Origin: Octopus sinensis
Lineage: Eukaryota
Direction: 5' to 3'
Assembly (NCBI RefSeq): GCF_006345805.1
Contig: NC_042997.1
Span: 58,342,001-58,406,000, forward strand
Length of the DNA stretch: 64,000 nt
Shown here: positions 25,995-38,898 of the stretch, piece after piece
Position numbering within the stretch: position 1 is the stretch's first letter
Layout of the letters: each line of letters begins with the position of its first letter
Notes under the pieces: model-generated
What the model was told of the DNA's origin: nothing
Seen by the model: the letters and a program-made list of their open reading frames with translations, nothing else
The model's database searches: none
Position numbers and translations under genes: made by a program

Positions 25995-26280
25995 AAGGTA
26001 TATGACCTTGTGTTTAGAATGTTGGGCTAATGATCAGAAGGTTGTGGGTTTGATTCCTAGGCTGGTTGGCTTGCTGAGTTTTTGATCAAGAGTGTTCATT
26101 TCATGCTGCTCCAGTCTACTCAACTAGTGGTGCAGCCCTTTCTCCCTCCAGCTGCCATTATCTTGATGTTCCATTCAATCAATAACTGGGGAACCTGAAA
26201 AGGCATTTATGCCTGCTCATAACTGCACTTAGAACAGTTAATGACTGCATACTATATGCTATCAAGTCATATTTGCTTGT
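25995..26280 (+). repeat. tRNA-derived SINE family A (decayed)
   Basis: tgaccttgtgtttagaatgttgggctaatgatcagaaggttgtgggtttgattcc head; ctccagtctactcaact core. Confidence 0.6.
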
Positions 26281-26302
26281 GAGTGATGACTGTAGTCTTT
26301 TT

Positions 26303-26344
<42 letters not shown>

Positions 26345-27485
26345 TGCATACACATTTATGTATGTATATTTATATGTGTGTGTATATTTGTATGTGTGTA
26401 CACATATATACACTAGTGCTGCTTCTAATTCATATTTGAATATATATATATATATATATATATATTTGTCATTATAGCTAGTTTCTTACATCTCTATCAA
26501 TGAAAAGAAATCCATTTTAGGAGTCATGGTTTTAATAATAATCTGTATGTTTGTATAATACATTTACATGTGCTTGTGTGTGTGTGTGTGTGTGTGTGCA
26601 TACATACATACATACATATGAGATTTAAAATGCTTTTGAAAATTCTATTTTTTGTAGTTATGTTTTAGAATATATATTTCCATGAATTATTTTGAACTGT
26701 TGGAAAGTTTTTTGCATTTTATCTTGAACAATGATGTTGTTACTACTGCTGCTGCTGTTGTTGTTATTCCTATATAATATATATATATATATCTGTATCT
26801 GCATATATTGCTGGCTTCCCTAAAATATCTTAGAAATGTAAGCTAAGCAAAACTGAGATTATAGACATGTTTTAGTGATCCTTTCATCTACAAATTCTCC
26901 ACAAAGTTATCTTGAAAAAATATTTTACTTTGCAATTGATGTGTTTCTTAACCAAAATTATTTTGGAAGCAAATATATGAAATCCCAATTTTTTTTTTTT
27001 TGCTCAGAAAGAGGGAATCAAACAAAGTAAAAAAAAATAGAAAGCAAAAATAAAAGAAATTTTCACCATTCTCTTGATTGAACCGATACCATTACTGAAC
27101 TGTTTGGTGTAGTACGAATGTACTTTCGATTTTAAATCTATAACTAATGTAACTTGTATATTGTTGAGGAAATGATTGTTAAAAATTGATTGATCCAGGT
27201 TGAGCAGGTCTATTACTCAGGAATTGGTATTCTCCTTCATATTTACAGTTACATTGGTTTAGATCTGATGACTTTTAAGACATTTTAGTTTGTTGTTTGA
27301 AGTCAGTCCAGCAACAAATGTTGGGATGACAAAGAAATATGAGAGTGTGGATAAGTAATAAAGAAAAAAACAAAGAAAATTAATAAATTTATTAAAAATG
27401 ATATTATGCTTTAACTATATTTAAGTATTACCTCCATTGTGTCTTTTATTGTTGCTCATATATTTTACGAAATCTACAAAATGCC

Positions 27486-27531
<46 letters not shown>

Positions 27532-28953
27532 CTCTGCATATTTGATGTAAGCTCTTGGCGGGCCGATTGATTGATCAAATTTTGATTTCCTATTTGTAAG
27601 TATTTCTCTTCATTTACACTGCACATTTTGTAGTGTGGAGAAGTCTTGTGCATCAGAGTGCTTTACTCCACTCCCTGAAATCAGTAGAATGTAACTGCTG
27701 GTGATGAATATTTACAGTTTGTGTCATCTACTTATATATGTGTATATTTACATAAATAAACTCAAATATATTGAAATTAGTTGATAGTTTTAGTACCATA
27801 TAAATTTTCTCCTTATGCTATTTTTTTCTTATTTTGTTGCTTCATAAATTATCCTGTTTGCTTGAAAACCCCTACTGATTAGTGAAAAGGCACATATTTT
27901 GTATAGTGAGTGGTATAGTTAATGACTAATTACTTTCTTTTTTGACTTGACTTCTACCAATAGAAATCATTTAGATTACTAATGACCTTGAGAAAGGTAT
28001 AAATAAATATGACATCTTCCAATATTTGCCATTATGAATCACTGAAGTTTCATATATACATAATATAGAGACTGCTTTTTCAGCTTCATGTATACAAGGG
28101 GTAGTTAGATTTGCTTAATATATAAACCACATATAAAAATTAGATGCTTAAGAAGATATATGGCACAAATGAAGTTTACACATGAACATTAAACTTGTGT
28201 TTTAATGATGTGAATCCCGATTTATATCCAGTAAATATTTATGAACCACTTATGAAATACCAAAAAATCCTTGTGAATTTTGAGTAACAATTTGACTTAC
28301 TACTGCTGTAAAACCATGTCATGCATGAAATACTGCCTTAGACACTGTTGTCATTGGAGTTTTTAGTGTATGTTTTTACCATCATGCAATCATTTTTAAA
28401 AGTTTCATCATAAAATTTATATTGTATGAAAGGGCTATTGTTTAACTGAAGTTAAATCACTGAATTTCGTCTGAAAGATGGACTAAAGTGCCAATCATAA
28501 CATATTTTTAAATTCAAATCTTCCAATTGTACACCCTTAGTGTTGACAAATTAATTACCAATGTACTGGTGTTGAGTCAATTGACTTCTCTCCTTAGAAA
28601 AGGAGGGGTACTTTTTCATTTCAAGTGTCCTCTGAAAGCCTCAAAATCCAACTGTATTTTTCTTCTAAATGGCCTACGCTGTTTAACAGATGTGCTCCCA
28701 TAAATTTCATCAGTGACACCAACCCACCAGCAATATAACTTGAATTTTGAATAAAATGTTCAGCATGTGTTAGATCTTCTAGTTAACAGTTCCCTCTGAT
28801 GCTAGTTTGTGCTTAAATATTATTACTTTAGTTCTGGCTATCTCGTATGACTAGTAATACATGAGATTGATGACTTGCACATGAATGAGATAGTTTGCCA
28901 TTTGTGGCACTTTGCTGTCCACGATTTACTTTATTGAATACTCCTACTTTTAG

Positions 28954-29039
28954 GGGACTTTGGAAATGAAAAACAGCACCAAAAAGGGTTTTATGCTTCA
29001 GAAAGAAATTATTCTTCACTTGATAATGAACTTTTTTGA
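28954..29039 (+). CDS. Candidate distal terminal coding exon (phase 1: GDFGNEKQHQKGFYASERNYSSLDNELF*)
   Basis: Acceptor aatactcctacttttAG|; in phase with the 5921 donor; followed by ~540 nt of unique AT-rich UTR and a poly(A) signal. Confidence 0.45.
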
Positions 29040-29550
29040 CATTATCAGAACTGATATCTTCATTTAGTTTTGTGTAGATTCATAACATCATACATAACGG
29101 CTTAAATTATTTAAAAAATATATTCTCTACTGGTTATTTGTTATATTGGTGACACTTAATAGATATGTTAAATATTGCTTAAGTTATATTCCATAATGTG
29201 AAATGAAAATTATATAATCTTGGCAATATCAATTTTTATTTTATGATTTTAGTTTAAATTTATCATTTTCCTATGTAACTGGCTGAATATGTTTTCCATG
29301 TTTAAATATTTTTTTCCCTTTTTATTTCATACTTTTGTTGAAACTGTAATAAAATAAGGTTTCAGCCAGCTTGTTAGCATTTTTGTTTATTAACTTTAGA
29401 ATATATTTTATGAAATGTCATTTCTGTGCATGACATATTAGTGAAATTGCATGTATAAATATTGAGTTGTACTTTACATTTGAAAAATGTTTCTTTTCCT
29501 TTATATTTCTTTTTTTTCCCCTCCTCTGAAATGTATTGCATATGTTAAGT

Positions 29551-29600
29551 ATTAAATATCAAATAAATTACTGTTACATTTCTCGTTGTCTGTGTTGTTA
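29551..29600 (+). terminator. Putative polyadenylation site
   Basis: ATTAAA (29551) and AATAAA (29562), CA at ~29577, then GT/T-rich tttctcgttgtctgtgttgtt; coincides with the end of the CpG-depleted domain. Confidence 0.5.
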
Positions 29601-29775
29601 GATGTTAAAACACTTGGATGATGGCATGGTTTCGTGAATGAAAAAGTTACTTTCTAACCATGGGGTTTTCAGTTTCAATTTCACTGTGTAGCATCTTGGG
29701 CAAGTGACTTTTTCTATAGTCTTAGTTTGATCTATACCTTGTGACTGAAAGTTGGTAGACAGAAGTCTATTGTGT
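29600..29775 (+). repeat. SINE family C 5' part
   Basis: catcttgggcaagtgactttttctatagtc...gttggtagacagaag followed by (TG)n. Confidence 0.55.
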
Positions 29776-29804
29776 GCACATGTTTGTGTGTGTGTGTGTG
29801 TAAA

Positions 29805-30132
29805 AAGGGCAAAGACCCCCTTCCGTCATGGATGACCATAGGATTGCACCTTCAAGGTTACCTTCCGAGGTACAAGTCCGGGCAAGGTTGTTTATGGAAA
29901 ACCAGCAGTCGCCCACGTCACTGATGCTACCCAAGGGAAAGGCAGAGGCAAAGGCTGATACAGCTTGGCACCAGTGACGTTGCAATTCATTTCTACAGCT
30001 GAGTGAACTGGAGCAACGTGAAATAAAGTGTCTTGCTCAAGAACACAACACACAGCCCGGTCCGGGGATCGAACTCACTACCTGATGATTGTGAGCCCGA
30101 CGCTCTAATCGCTGAGTCATGCGCCTTCACGT
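29805..30132 (-). mobile_element. Full-length tRNA-derived SINE family A with CpGs intact
   Basis: gtgaaggcgcatgactcagcgattagagcgtcgg...gagttcgatccccggacc head (A/B boxes); tgtgttcttgagcaagacactt core. Confidence 0.8.
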
Positions 30133-31134
30133 GTGTATGTATGTATGTGTGTGTGTTGTGCGTGTTAGTGTGATTGTTTATGTCCTTAGTAAATTATACG
30201 TCCCATAGCTGAGTGATTTTGACATGCTTAGACTAGCTGAATAAAAAGTGCCTTTCTTAAAAAACAAATGCTGGCAACTAGAAGGGGATCCAAACATAGA
30301 ATACTGTTTCTAAGTTTTGTCCAGTTCATGTCAATATGCAAAAAGCATACGTAAAAACGACAATAATTATGTGTGTGTCCATGTTTCAAAGTGACACCGA
30401 TCAGGATGCAGCCACATATATGCCCTGCATAAGCATAAAGTACGGTAGTTTGGTTGTTCAATGTATGATGATGGAATAAAGTACCTTACTTATAAACAAT
30501 GATTGGATTTAGGAAGGGTACCTCGCTGTAGAATACTGCCTCAAGATGTGTTATCCAATCCATACCAGCATAGAAATAGTGAACATAAAAACAAGAATAT
30601 CTGATAAAATACATTACGTGTCTCAAGTTAAACTAACTGAAAAAATAGATACGAACTCCGCTTAGTTTGAATAAGGCCAAGAAGAATACTAGTCCATATT
30701 GAATAAGTTTGTGTGCTATGAAAAGTGAATGTTTCAAGCAAAACCTTTTGTCTTGTTGAAAGCGAAAGAGTATTTTACTGAAATAAACATGCATACACAC
30801 ACACGCACGCTTGCACATGTGTATGAGAAGGAAAGAATCATTGTTACAACCCCCGTCTGACCAAAGCCTACATATTTGCTCCAAGTGCACCAGAGCCTGT
30901 CGTTCAAGAATCGGTTTACATAGCCATTTAATGGCTTCCTACCTACCTACACACGCGCGCGCGCATATATAATAGAATCGATAAAAATGTAAAGTGAATT
31001 CGCTGCGAGGAGTGAAAAATTAAACGTTTCGGGCTGAGTTCATCTTTAGGAGAGAAAATTGAAAGGTGAGAAATAAATGTGAGACGACAGGGTTTTACAT
31101 CCTCTAAGTTAGAAAAAAAAAAAGAAAAAAAACT

Positions 31135-31185
31135 GGCTGCGACTGATAAGAAACGCGGGACCACGTGAGCTTTGCACGTGAACAA
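31135..31185. promoter_or_regulatory. Possible cis-regulatory cluster (GATA plus two CACGTG E-boxes) in CpG-rich unique sequence
   Basis: ctGATAAGaaacgcgggacCACGTGagctttgCACGTG. Confidence 0.25.
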
Positions 31186-32334
31186 GAGGTTGTAGGAGAA
31201 ATACTGTGAGAAGAAAGTGAAATGAGGAGAAACAGGAAAAATCGAGAGTGTGGTGGAGGGAGAGGGGAGTTGAAGGACAACGGGTTTAATGAACTAATAG
31301 GTGTAATAGTAGAAGGAAAACGTTCATAACTTTTGATAGTAACTTGTCAGATAAATCAATATAGCTTGGTATGATTTCCATACTGAAGTTCTAAAACTTA
31401 ACTTTAGCTACTACGACACCAAATAACAATTAAACTTCGAAATTATTTCACATAAAACAATAACAAGACAGCAATTAACAGGGTTAGAATAATCAGATAG
31501 CAGTCTCTTTGTTTCTTTCTTGGTGATAAGTGCTATAGAGAATTTGTTATTTAATTGCATACATCTGGACAAGAACAAGAATTGCTAAAAAGTACATAAA
31601 ATTTTGAAATTTAATTCACAACTCTCTTCTTCTGCAATGCTTTCAAAATGTCAGCGTTAGTAACAGTATTTGGTTTACAGCATTGAATGCTTGAAGAAAC
31701 TCTCAACACTGACAACTTCCATATAAACAGTGAAACAAATTCTATTTAAAATGGAAGTGGAGAAGCAGAAACTTACATCAAGGTGTGGGCATGCCAGTGC
31801 GGCTTAAGAAGTTCACATCATATCTAAGTGGTTTCGAGTTTAGACTGTGCAGTACATTGAGCAAGTGTCGACAAGAGCCTTGTGAGTAGATACAGTGGGC
31901 GGAAAATGAAAGTTCATCTCATGCGTGCATGCATTCATGTGAGTGTGTGTGTGTGTATAAATCACGTGATTATTATAAACAAATATCATTATCAAACATG
32001 CAGTGTTCGTTTGGCTACTTTGGTGTTAGTGTTTGGAGGACTGAAGGAAATATTACCTCGCTTGGATGCAGACAAAGTTTAGCAACAAGAAGAACATCTG
32101 TTTGTAGAAAACCTTGTTTCAACGAAATTCATATGCCATGCAAAACACGGGAACGTGGACGTTAAAACGATGACTTGCTTTTTCACTAGCGAATTGTACA
32201 AAACAGGTATCAACTGAAAAGCAAAGGATACCTTCCCCACCTAAGCTGAATAAACCATGCATGTGTATACTCACATATGCATACATAACACATACATGTG
32301 TACACATACAGACACTCGCATACACACACACAAA

Positions 32335-32637
32335 TGCATTGTTCCTTCTCGAGCCACGCCCGGCTCATAAGGGTCGGTTTCCCGGTTTCCTTGGTGTATA
32401 GGTTCCCTACCTGGACGGGACGCCGGTCCGTCGCAGGTGAGCTGCAAGTTGCAGGAGGAAAGAGTGAGAGAAAGTTGTGTCGAGAGTCAGCAGAAGTTCG
32501 CCATTACCTTCTGCCGGAGCCGCGTGGAGCTTAGGTGTTTCGCTCATAAACACACACATCGCCCGGTCTGAGATTCGAACCTGCGATCCCTCGACCGCGA
32601 GTCTGCTGCTCTAACCAATAGGCCATGCGCCTCCACA
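32335..32637 (-). mobile_element. Young tRNA(Arg)-like SINE
   Basis: gtggaggcgcatggcctattggttagagcagcagactcgcggtcgagggatcgcaggttcgaatctc head with a TCG anticodon-like loop; GC/CpG-rich body. Confidence 0.8.
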
Positions 32638-33999
32638 CAGAGATGCATACATACCATACATACGTGTGTGTAGAAAAAGAGGTAAAAAGAACATGGTGAA
32701 AGTGTAAGGGAAATCACTTGTTTTTTTTCTTGCCTCAACTCTGCAACCATTGTCATTTCAACCTGATGTTGTTAGTATTAATCTTGTCTATTGTCATTGC
32801 CACAGGAAGTGCTCTGATGAATTTTCTCTTTTAGTTCCAGATCACTTTGTGGTCATCTCGACTGACTCAACACTCACAGTATCTTCATCCAAATGCTGTT
32901 GTGCTTCCACAAATAAAGAAGTCTTTCTACAGTCATAGCTTTTCCCCCTCGAACTTCTAGACTTTGGGACTCTCTTACCATCTCATTGGTTTCCTCCTAC
33001 TTTCGACCTGAACTCTTTCACGTCTTAAGTAAATTAATTATTTTTGTCTTACTTTCTCCTGCTTCATGGTCCCTTACACTAAATGGCTTCTCGCCTTTCT
33101 TGGGACTTCAAAAATTGAAACAAAGAAGTAAAAAATATCGACAGACACAGTACTACGTCACAAAGAAACAGAACACTAAGGAAAAGTGTACATTTAAATT
33201 CACATAGTGCGTTCTTATAGAACACACATACACGCATACAAGTGCACAAATATATAACCTCAATATGTTTTATCTTTTTGAAAGAGATAGATTGAGAAAA
33301 TCTTACTAAACCGACAACGAACCAAGATTGAGATACAGTTTCGGTTTCCAGTACTAATTCTATAAATCCAGTTAATATTGAAAACCAACCCCGTCCGCAA
33401 TAAAACCAACAAAAGAAAAGCAACCAGCGAGGTAACCTTTATGTAGCCGATTGGCCCACTAGAAACAGCAGTCAAATCACATCCGACTGTCTTTAGCTGA
33501 GATAATGTAATTCCAACTGACGTATATATTTTCTTCCCTCACCCGTTCATGTGGTTGCGTAATTGTGTACTTGTCACTGTTTTTCTTGATGGATAACTTA
33601 TATGGGAACTTATGCAATAAGAATGCATGTATCAGAGTATAGTGAAGAAACAGAGTGTAAAGAAGGTAAAAGGAAATAGAGAGAATGAGAGCGAGAAAGA
33701 GAGAAAGAGAAAGAGGGACTGGCAAAATAGAGAGGAAGAGAAAAGCAGAAAGGGAGAGACAAGCAAATAATTACAAATAAATGGATATACAAAATAAGAG
33801 AGTGGTATAGTTAAGGATGAGATAAACAAAGTTAAAAGTGAGGGAAAGAAAGAGAAGATAGAGTTAGAGATACATGAAAATGTACTTTTTAGCACCATGT
33901 AATCTCAAATTGTATTTACATACATCTCACTCGCATGTGTTTGCATAAGAGAAAAAGACAGTAAAGGAGAATAAAGAAATTAGAAAGAGACACAGACGA

Positions 34000-34400
34000 A
34001 ATCGTATATACAATAAATCATTGAAACTATCCTCCTCTTCTTTTACCATGGAATTCCAACCACGTTTTGTGGTTCGCTACATCATCAGGAATAACTGCGT
34101 CCGGTTTCGGCCCCTACTCCTCTACCGTTTTCAACGTGGCGCCACCCCACTACTTAAGTTCTGGTGTTGAGTGCGTTTTATTTCTCTTTGGTTCTTTGGT
34201 TTCTTCGATACAGCGTCAACGAATATCAGTAGACGAATGACCATTCTGCCAAATTTCCCTTTAAATACTCACCGCTAGGTTGCAGCAGCTAGCACCAGCT
34301 AACTGTCACGTGACATTGTCTTAGCTTCAACTGACCAATAGAGGGGAAGGGCGCGTAGTTTTGGCCCGCAGCCTCTCTAGACCTGCCTTCCAACAGTGTC
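34000..34400 (-). mobile_element. pLTR/LTR-like cassette: Pol II core promoter followed by degenerate hammerhead-like motifs
   Basis: Minus strand: ATTGG (34339-34335), TGTCACGTGACA (34315-34304), TATTTAAAG (34267), Inr-like TCATTC with its A 29 nt after the TATA; then cgaaaccggac and ctgatga...aaaacgtggtt. Confidence 0.5.
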
Positions 34401-37305
34401 GTGTTAGTTTCAGCTCCAGCAGCCAGAGCCGACCAGCTGTTTGGTGGTACAAGCCTTCGAACCAGGGGGAGGGCGCGCTATGAACGAGATCGCTATCTTG
34501 GCCTACTTGTCAACCAGCGATGCTGTTTAAGTGTCAGCCAGCCTCACCTAGTGACGCTATTTCCCAGTCGGCATGTTATGGCTTTCAAGCCACTTAGGGT
34601 CTTCTTGTTTCAGCTATATATAGAAGCTGGTTTGTCGACTGCCTCCTGTATCTTCCTTATTTTTCTCAGCTCTGAGCTCGAAAATGCAAATCTTCTTTTA
34701 AATAACGTCGTCATTTTCCTTTCAATGAAGCTTCTAGCCCCTACTGCCATCCGTGTACTCCGCACTCTTCGATTAATCTCTCATCTCCTGTTGCTCTGCA
34801 TTAGCGATGTTCTCTTCCTATGGCACTGTCAGCTCTAGCAAAATTCCCGTTTTCCGTCCTGTGTTATATAGGATTAAGTCCGGTCTTTTTGTTGTTTTTA
34901 TGAGTGGAAATATTAACAGTCTTTTCAAATCCGCGGCCAGCTCCCAGTATCCCTTCCATCTTTTGTCTGCCTCGTATACTTTATTTGAAGGCCTAGCCTT
35001 ATATCCTTTTCCTTCCTTCTGGATGTATATCTTTCCGCGATTTTCTACTTTTGGGTACTCTCCCCTATTATATCTCTTGATCGTCTTGAGTGCTGCGCTT
35101 ATGACACTGAGGACTTGATTGTGACGCCATGTATATCTGTCTAGTGCTAGCCTGCAGTTTGACAGAACATGTCTCACTGTCGCTTTCTCTCCGCAACTAT
35201 ATTCATCAGTTGTTTATATGTTCCACCGGACAAAATTGGCCGGTGAAGGTAAAAGGTCGAAGGTAGCCCAAAGTTCCTTCCATGAGCTTCTGCGACTGGC
35301 CACATATTCCTCCCATCTCAGGCACTATCCCTGTTGACTACATTGCACCAAATTACATTTCACCTTTCTTCCTCCATTCTCACATCGTGTACCACTGCCT
35401 CTTTCCTCTCTTTCACACTGCTCATGCAAAATGGCTTGAAATTGCACAACCTTAGACTGGCTCTTGCTTCTTGCATCGTTCGACTATATCGGCATGTCTT
35501 AGCTTCCCGGTCGTCCTGTTTACTGCCTCTTCCGCATTCCATTTCCTCCCTGTTCGTACCTTTGGAGGGTTTTCTCAAATGTTCTGATCTTTCGAATATC
35601 TTAGCATCATTACTGTCCTTGCCTTTCCTGTCTTATATTCTTCGGCGATTGATGTTATTGGTAGTTGCAGCACGGGTTTTCCATATAGTGCACTTGTGTT
35701 CAGTGGTTTTGGAAGACCAAGCCATTTTCTGAAGACGCTGCGTCTTTGTTCCATACTTTCTACTCTACTCGAGGCTATTTCATACATTTACAATGACCAC
35801 ATTATCCTTGGGTACAGTCCAAATTGCAGTATCCATCATTTGAATTTCCCTAGTAATGTTGTTCTGTCAATTGCCTTTAGTCCCTGTTCCTCTAAATCGT
35901 GTGTTTCTTTGCTTTACTTCTTATCATTTAGTAAATCTCTGTACCATCTGCCGAAGCTCTTTACTAGTTCTTCTTTCATCGTTGGTATATCTTCACTTCC
36001 TATCCTGAATTTCACTTCTTTTTGGACTCCTTCACGAAAGCCACGCTTCGAGATTTTTTGTCTTTGAATTTCGTTCTCGCCCATCCTATTAGTTCGTCCA
36101 ACCGCTCTAACGTTCCATCTTGCTGCCTCTCTACTCTGATAATACAGTAACTTCGCCCATAAAAGCTCTTAATGGTGTTTTTGTAACAGATTTCTCACAG
36201 TTTGTTGTTCCTAGTAACATCTCCATGACTTGCACAAATTAGATAATTGATATCGTGCATCCGGCTGCAATACCTATTTCAAGCCGTTGCCAATCCGTTG
36301 TGAACTTTCCTGCTGTAAATCTCATTCTCAATTTATCGTAGTAACACATGAGCATTCGTTAAACGCCTTCTGAAATCCAAAAGAAGGTCATAGCTGCTTG
36401 AATTAGTGCATGTGGAACAGATCCATATGCATTGGCAAGATTTAGCCATACAATACACAGGTTTTTCTTTAGTTGTTTTGCACAGTTGATAGCTTCCCAG
36501 ATAGCAAAGACATGTTCTATGCACCTAGGGATTCCAGGGATCCCTGCTTTTTGGATTGCTTCATTAACATATCCGTTATGCTGTACGAATCTTATGATTC
36601 GCCAGGCAAAGATTCCAAACATGATCTTCCCATCGGTATTTAGTAGTGAAATGGGTCTGAATTGCCCTAGTGTTTCTGCCTCCTTCTCTTTACGTAAATA
36701 GATACCTTCAGCTATATACAATTGCTCTGCTACGTCTTTCATCTTCCACATTTCTCTTATCAGTGCAAATAGTGGTGAACTTTTTGCTCTTGCTTTTCTA
36801 GTGAACCCATCAATTTCTTTCCGTCTGATGTCACTCAAATCGAGTGGTGCCCTTGGTTCAGGTGGTTTCTTCAGCTCGAGCATTTCTGGGAATACTTTAT
36901 CAGCGTCGCTGTACGTCCCTTTAAGATGGTGTTCGAGCTCTTCTTTAGTGCAATCCAATCTTCCACTCTTACTTTCAGTAAACAAACATTTAGCATGTTG
37001 ATATGAGTTGTTTACAAAACTACAATAGTTCTTTTCTTTTTCCTTTCTTCTGTTATTCCTTCTTTCCTTTCTTAGTTGTTCTCAATGCCTCTTTTTTATC
37101 TCTTCATATAGTTGTTTTAACCCTTCTCTTTCCTCCTCCTTTGCATCCCTCCATCTGGTTCTGAGTTTTTTCTTCTCTTCTCGTATCTTTCCGATCTGTC
37201 TTTCTCTCTTCGATGGTCCGCCCTTTGCCGATGATTCTCCATTCCCTGTTGTTTCAAGTCCAAATCTTTTCTCTCCTTCCTGATAGACTATATTATCTTT
37301 TACCA
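34400..37305 (-). mobile_element. 5'-truncated, degenerate HERO-clade non-LTR retrotransposon (RT + CCHC + RLE)
   Basis: FRPISLLNTDGK, QKAGIPGIPRCIEH, WLNLANAYGSVPH, GIAAGCTIS (RT); HVLSNC...YTWRHNQVL (zinc knuckle); RPDLIL...LLELTVP (RLE); multiple stops and frameshifts. Confidence 0.85.
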
Positions 37306-37309
37306 CAGA

Positions 37310-37786
37310 GAGTTAGCGCGTACATACGAACAAAGTGTACACACGAACAAATGCGCACACATCTACATAATTACACATCCACACCCACATATATCCACAT
37401 GCAGATATGTAAAAATACACGCACACTAACACACATGGAAGCGTTACGCATGCGCGTGCACACGCAGGCAAGCAGGCAGGCACGCACGCACACACACACA
37501 CACACGCACACGCACACGCACACACACATATTTATGAATTAAATCCTTTTAGGAATATAGCATAGATAAAAGAACTGTGCAGATAAAGAGATTATCTGAG
37601 AACAAAGAACACACACATACACACACACGCAAACACATGCATGCACACACATGCGTGCGCGCACGCATATAACTACTTGTATGTCAAGAGTTGTCAACGG
37701 AATAAATAATATCTTTCGCTATTGACATGTGTGTTTATGTGTTTGTGGGTGCGTGCTTTTGTATGTGTACGTGTGTGCGTGTATTT

Positions 37787-37869
<83 letters not shown>

Positions 37870-37945
37870 CTGCCTGCCTGTCTGTTTGTCTGTCCGTCTA
37901 TCTGTATGTATGTATGTATGTATGTATGTATGTATGTATGTATGT
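37310..37945. repeat. Compound microsatellite cluster (CA, TCTA, TATG)
   Basis: Direct reading. Confidence 0.95.
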
Positions 37946-38004
37946 ACTCCATTGTTCTGCTTTAGTGAATTATATATATGCATTTTCTACTTATTAATTC
38001 CTGA

Positions 38005-38222
38005 CCGAAGGCAGCGAGCTTGTAAGAATCATTGGCATGCAAAGCAAAATGCTTATCGAAATTTCGTCCGTCTCCACGTTCTGAGTTCACATTCCACCTA
38101 CGTTGACCTTGCATTTCATTTTATCGGAGTCGATAAAATAAATACCAGTTGAGCACTGGAGTCAATGTAATCGACTTATCCCTGCCCCGAAATTACTGGC
38201 CATGTTTCAAAATTTGGAATTA
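38005..38222 (+). repeat. SINE family B copy
   Basis: aaggcagcgagcttgtaagaatcattggc...gtcgataaaataaataccagttgagcactggagtcaatgtaatcgac. Confidence 0.75.
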
Positions 38223-38472
38223 TTATTTCATGACCGCGCCCTCATTTATATCTGTTCTAAACATTTTATTCTATGTATCTGAAATAATATATGTAAAGAA
38301 CAGCAACAGGAGTGGCTATGGGGTAAGAAGCTTGCTTTGCTTCCCAACCACATGGTTGCGGGTTCAGTCCTGCTATGTGGTACCTTGGGCAAGTATCTTC
38401 TGCTATAGCCTCGAGCCGACCAAAGCCTTGTGAATGGATTTGGTAGATGGAGACTGAAAGAGACTCGTCGTC

Positions 38473-38506
<34 letters not shown>

Positions 38507-38801
38507 CAGTTGCGGCCAAAATGTTCAGAACGGCATTGTTTTCGTCAGAAAAGTAGGTATAATTTTTTATCAAAGTTGTTTTATATTCTATAATTTTCAC
38601 AGACAATAAATATGATATTATTTGTTATTGTCTCAGATTTTGGTGTAATTTGAGAGGTCAAATTACACCAAAATCTGAGACAATAACAAATAATATCATA
38701 TTTATTGTCTGTGAAAATTATAGAATATAAAACAACTTTGATAAAAAATTATACCTACTTTTCTGACGAAAACAATGCCGTTCTGAACATTTTGGCCGCA
38801 A

Positions 38802-38898
<97 letters not shown>

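Noticed and set aside
32750-32938. 62-aa ORF with possible splice sites on either strand
   Set aside because: No consistent acceptor-donor pair with an open frame and no recognisable homology; left unresolved.
34401-36067. Plus-strand ORFs of 100-145 aa
   Set aside because: Antisense shadows of the minus-strand HERO ORF.
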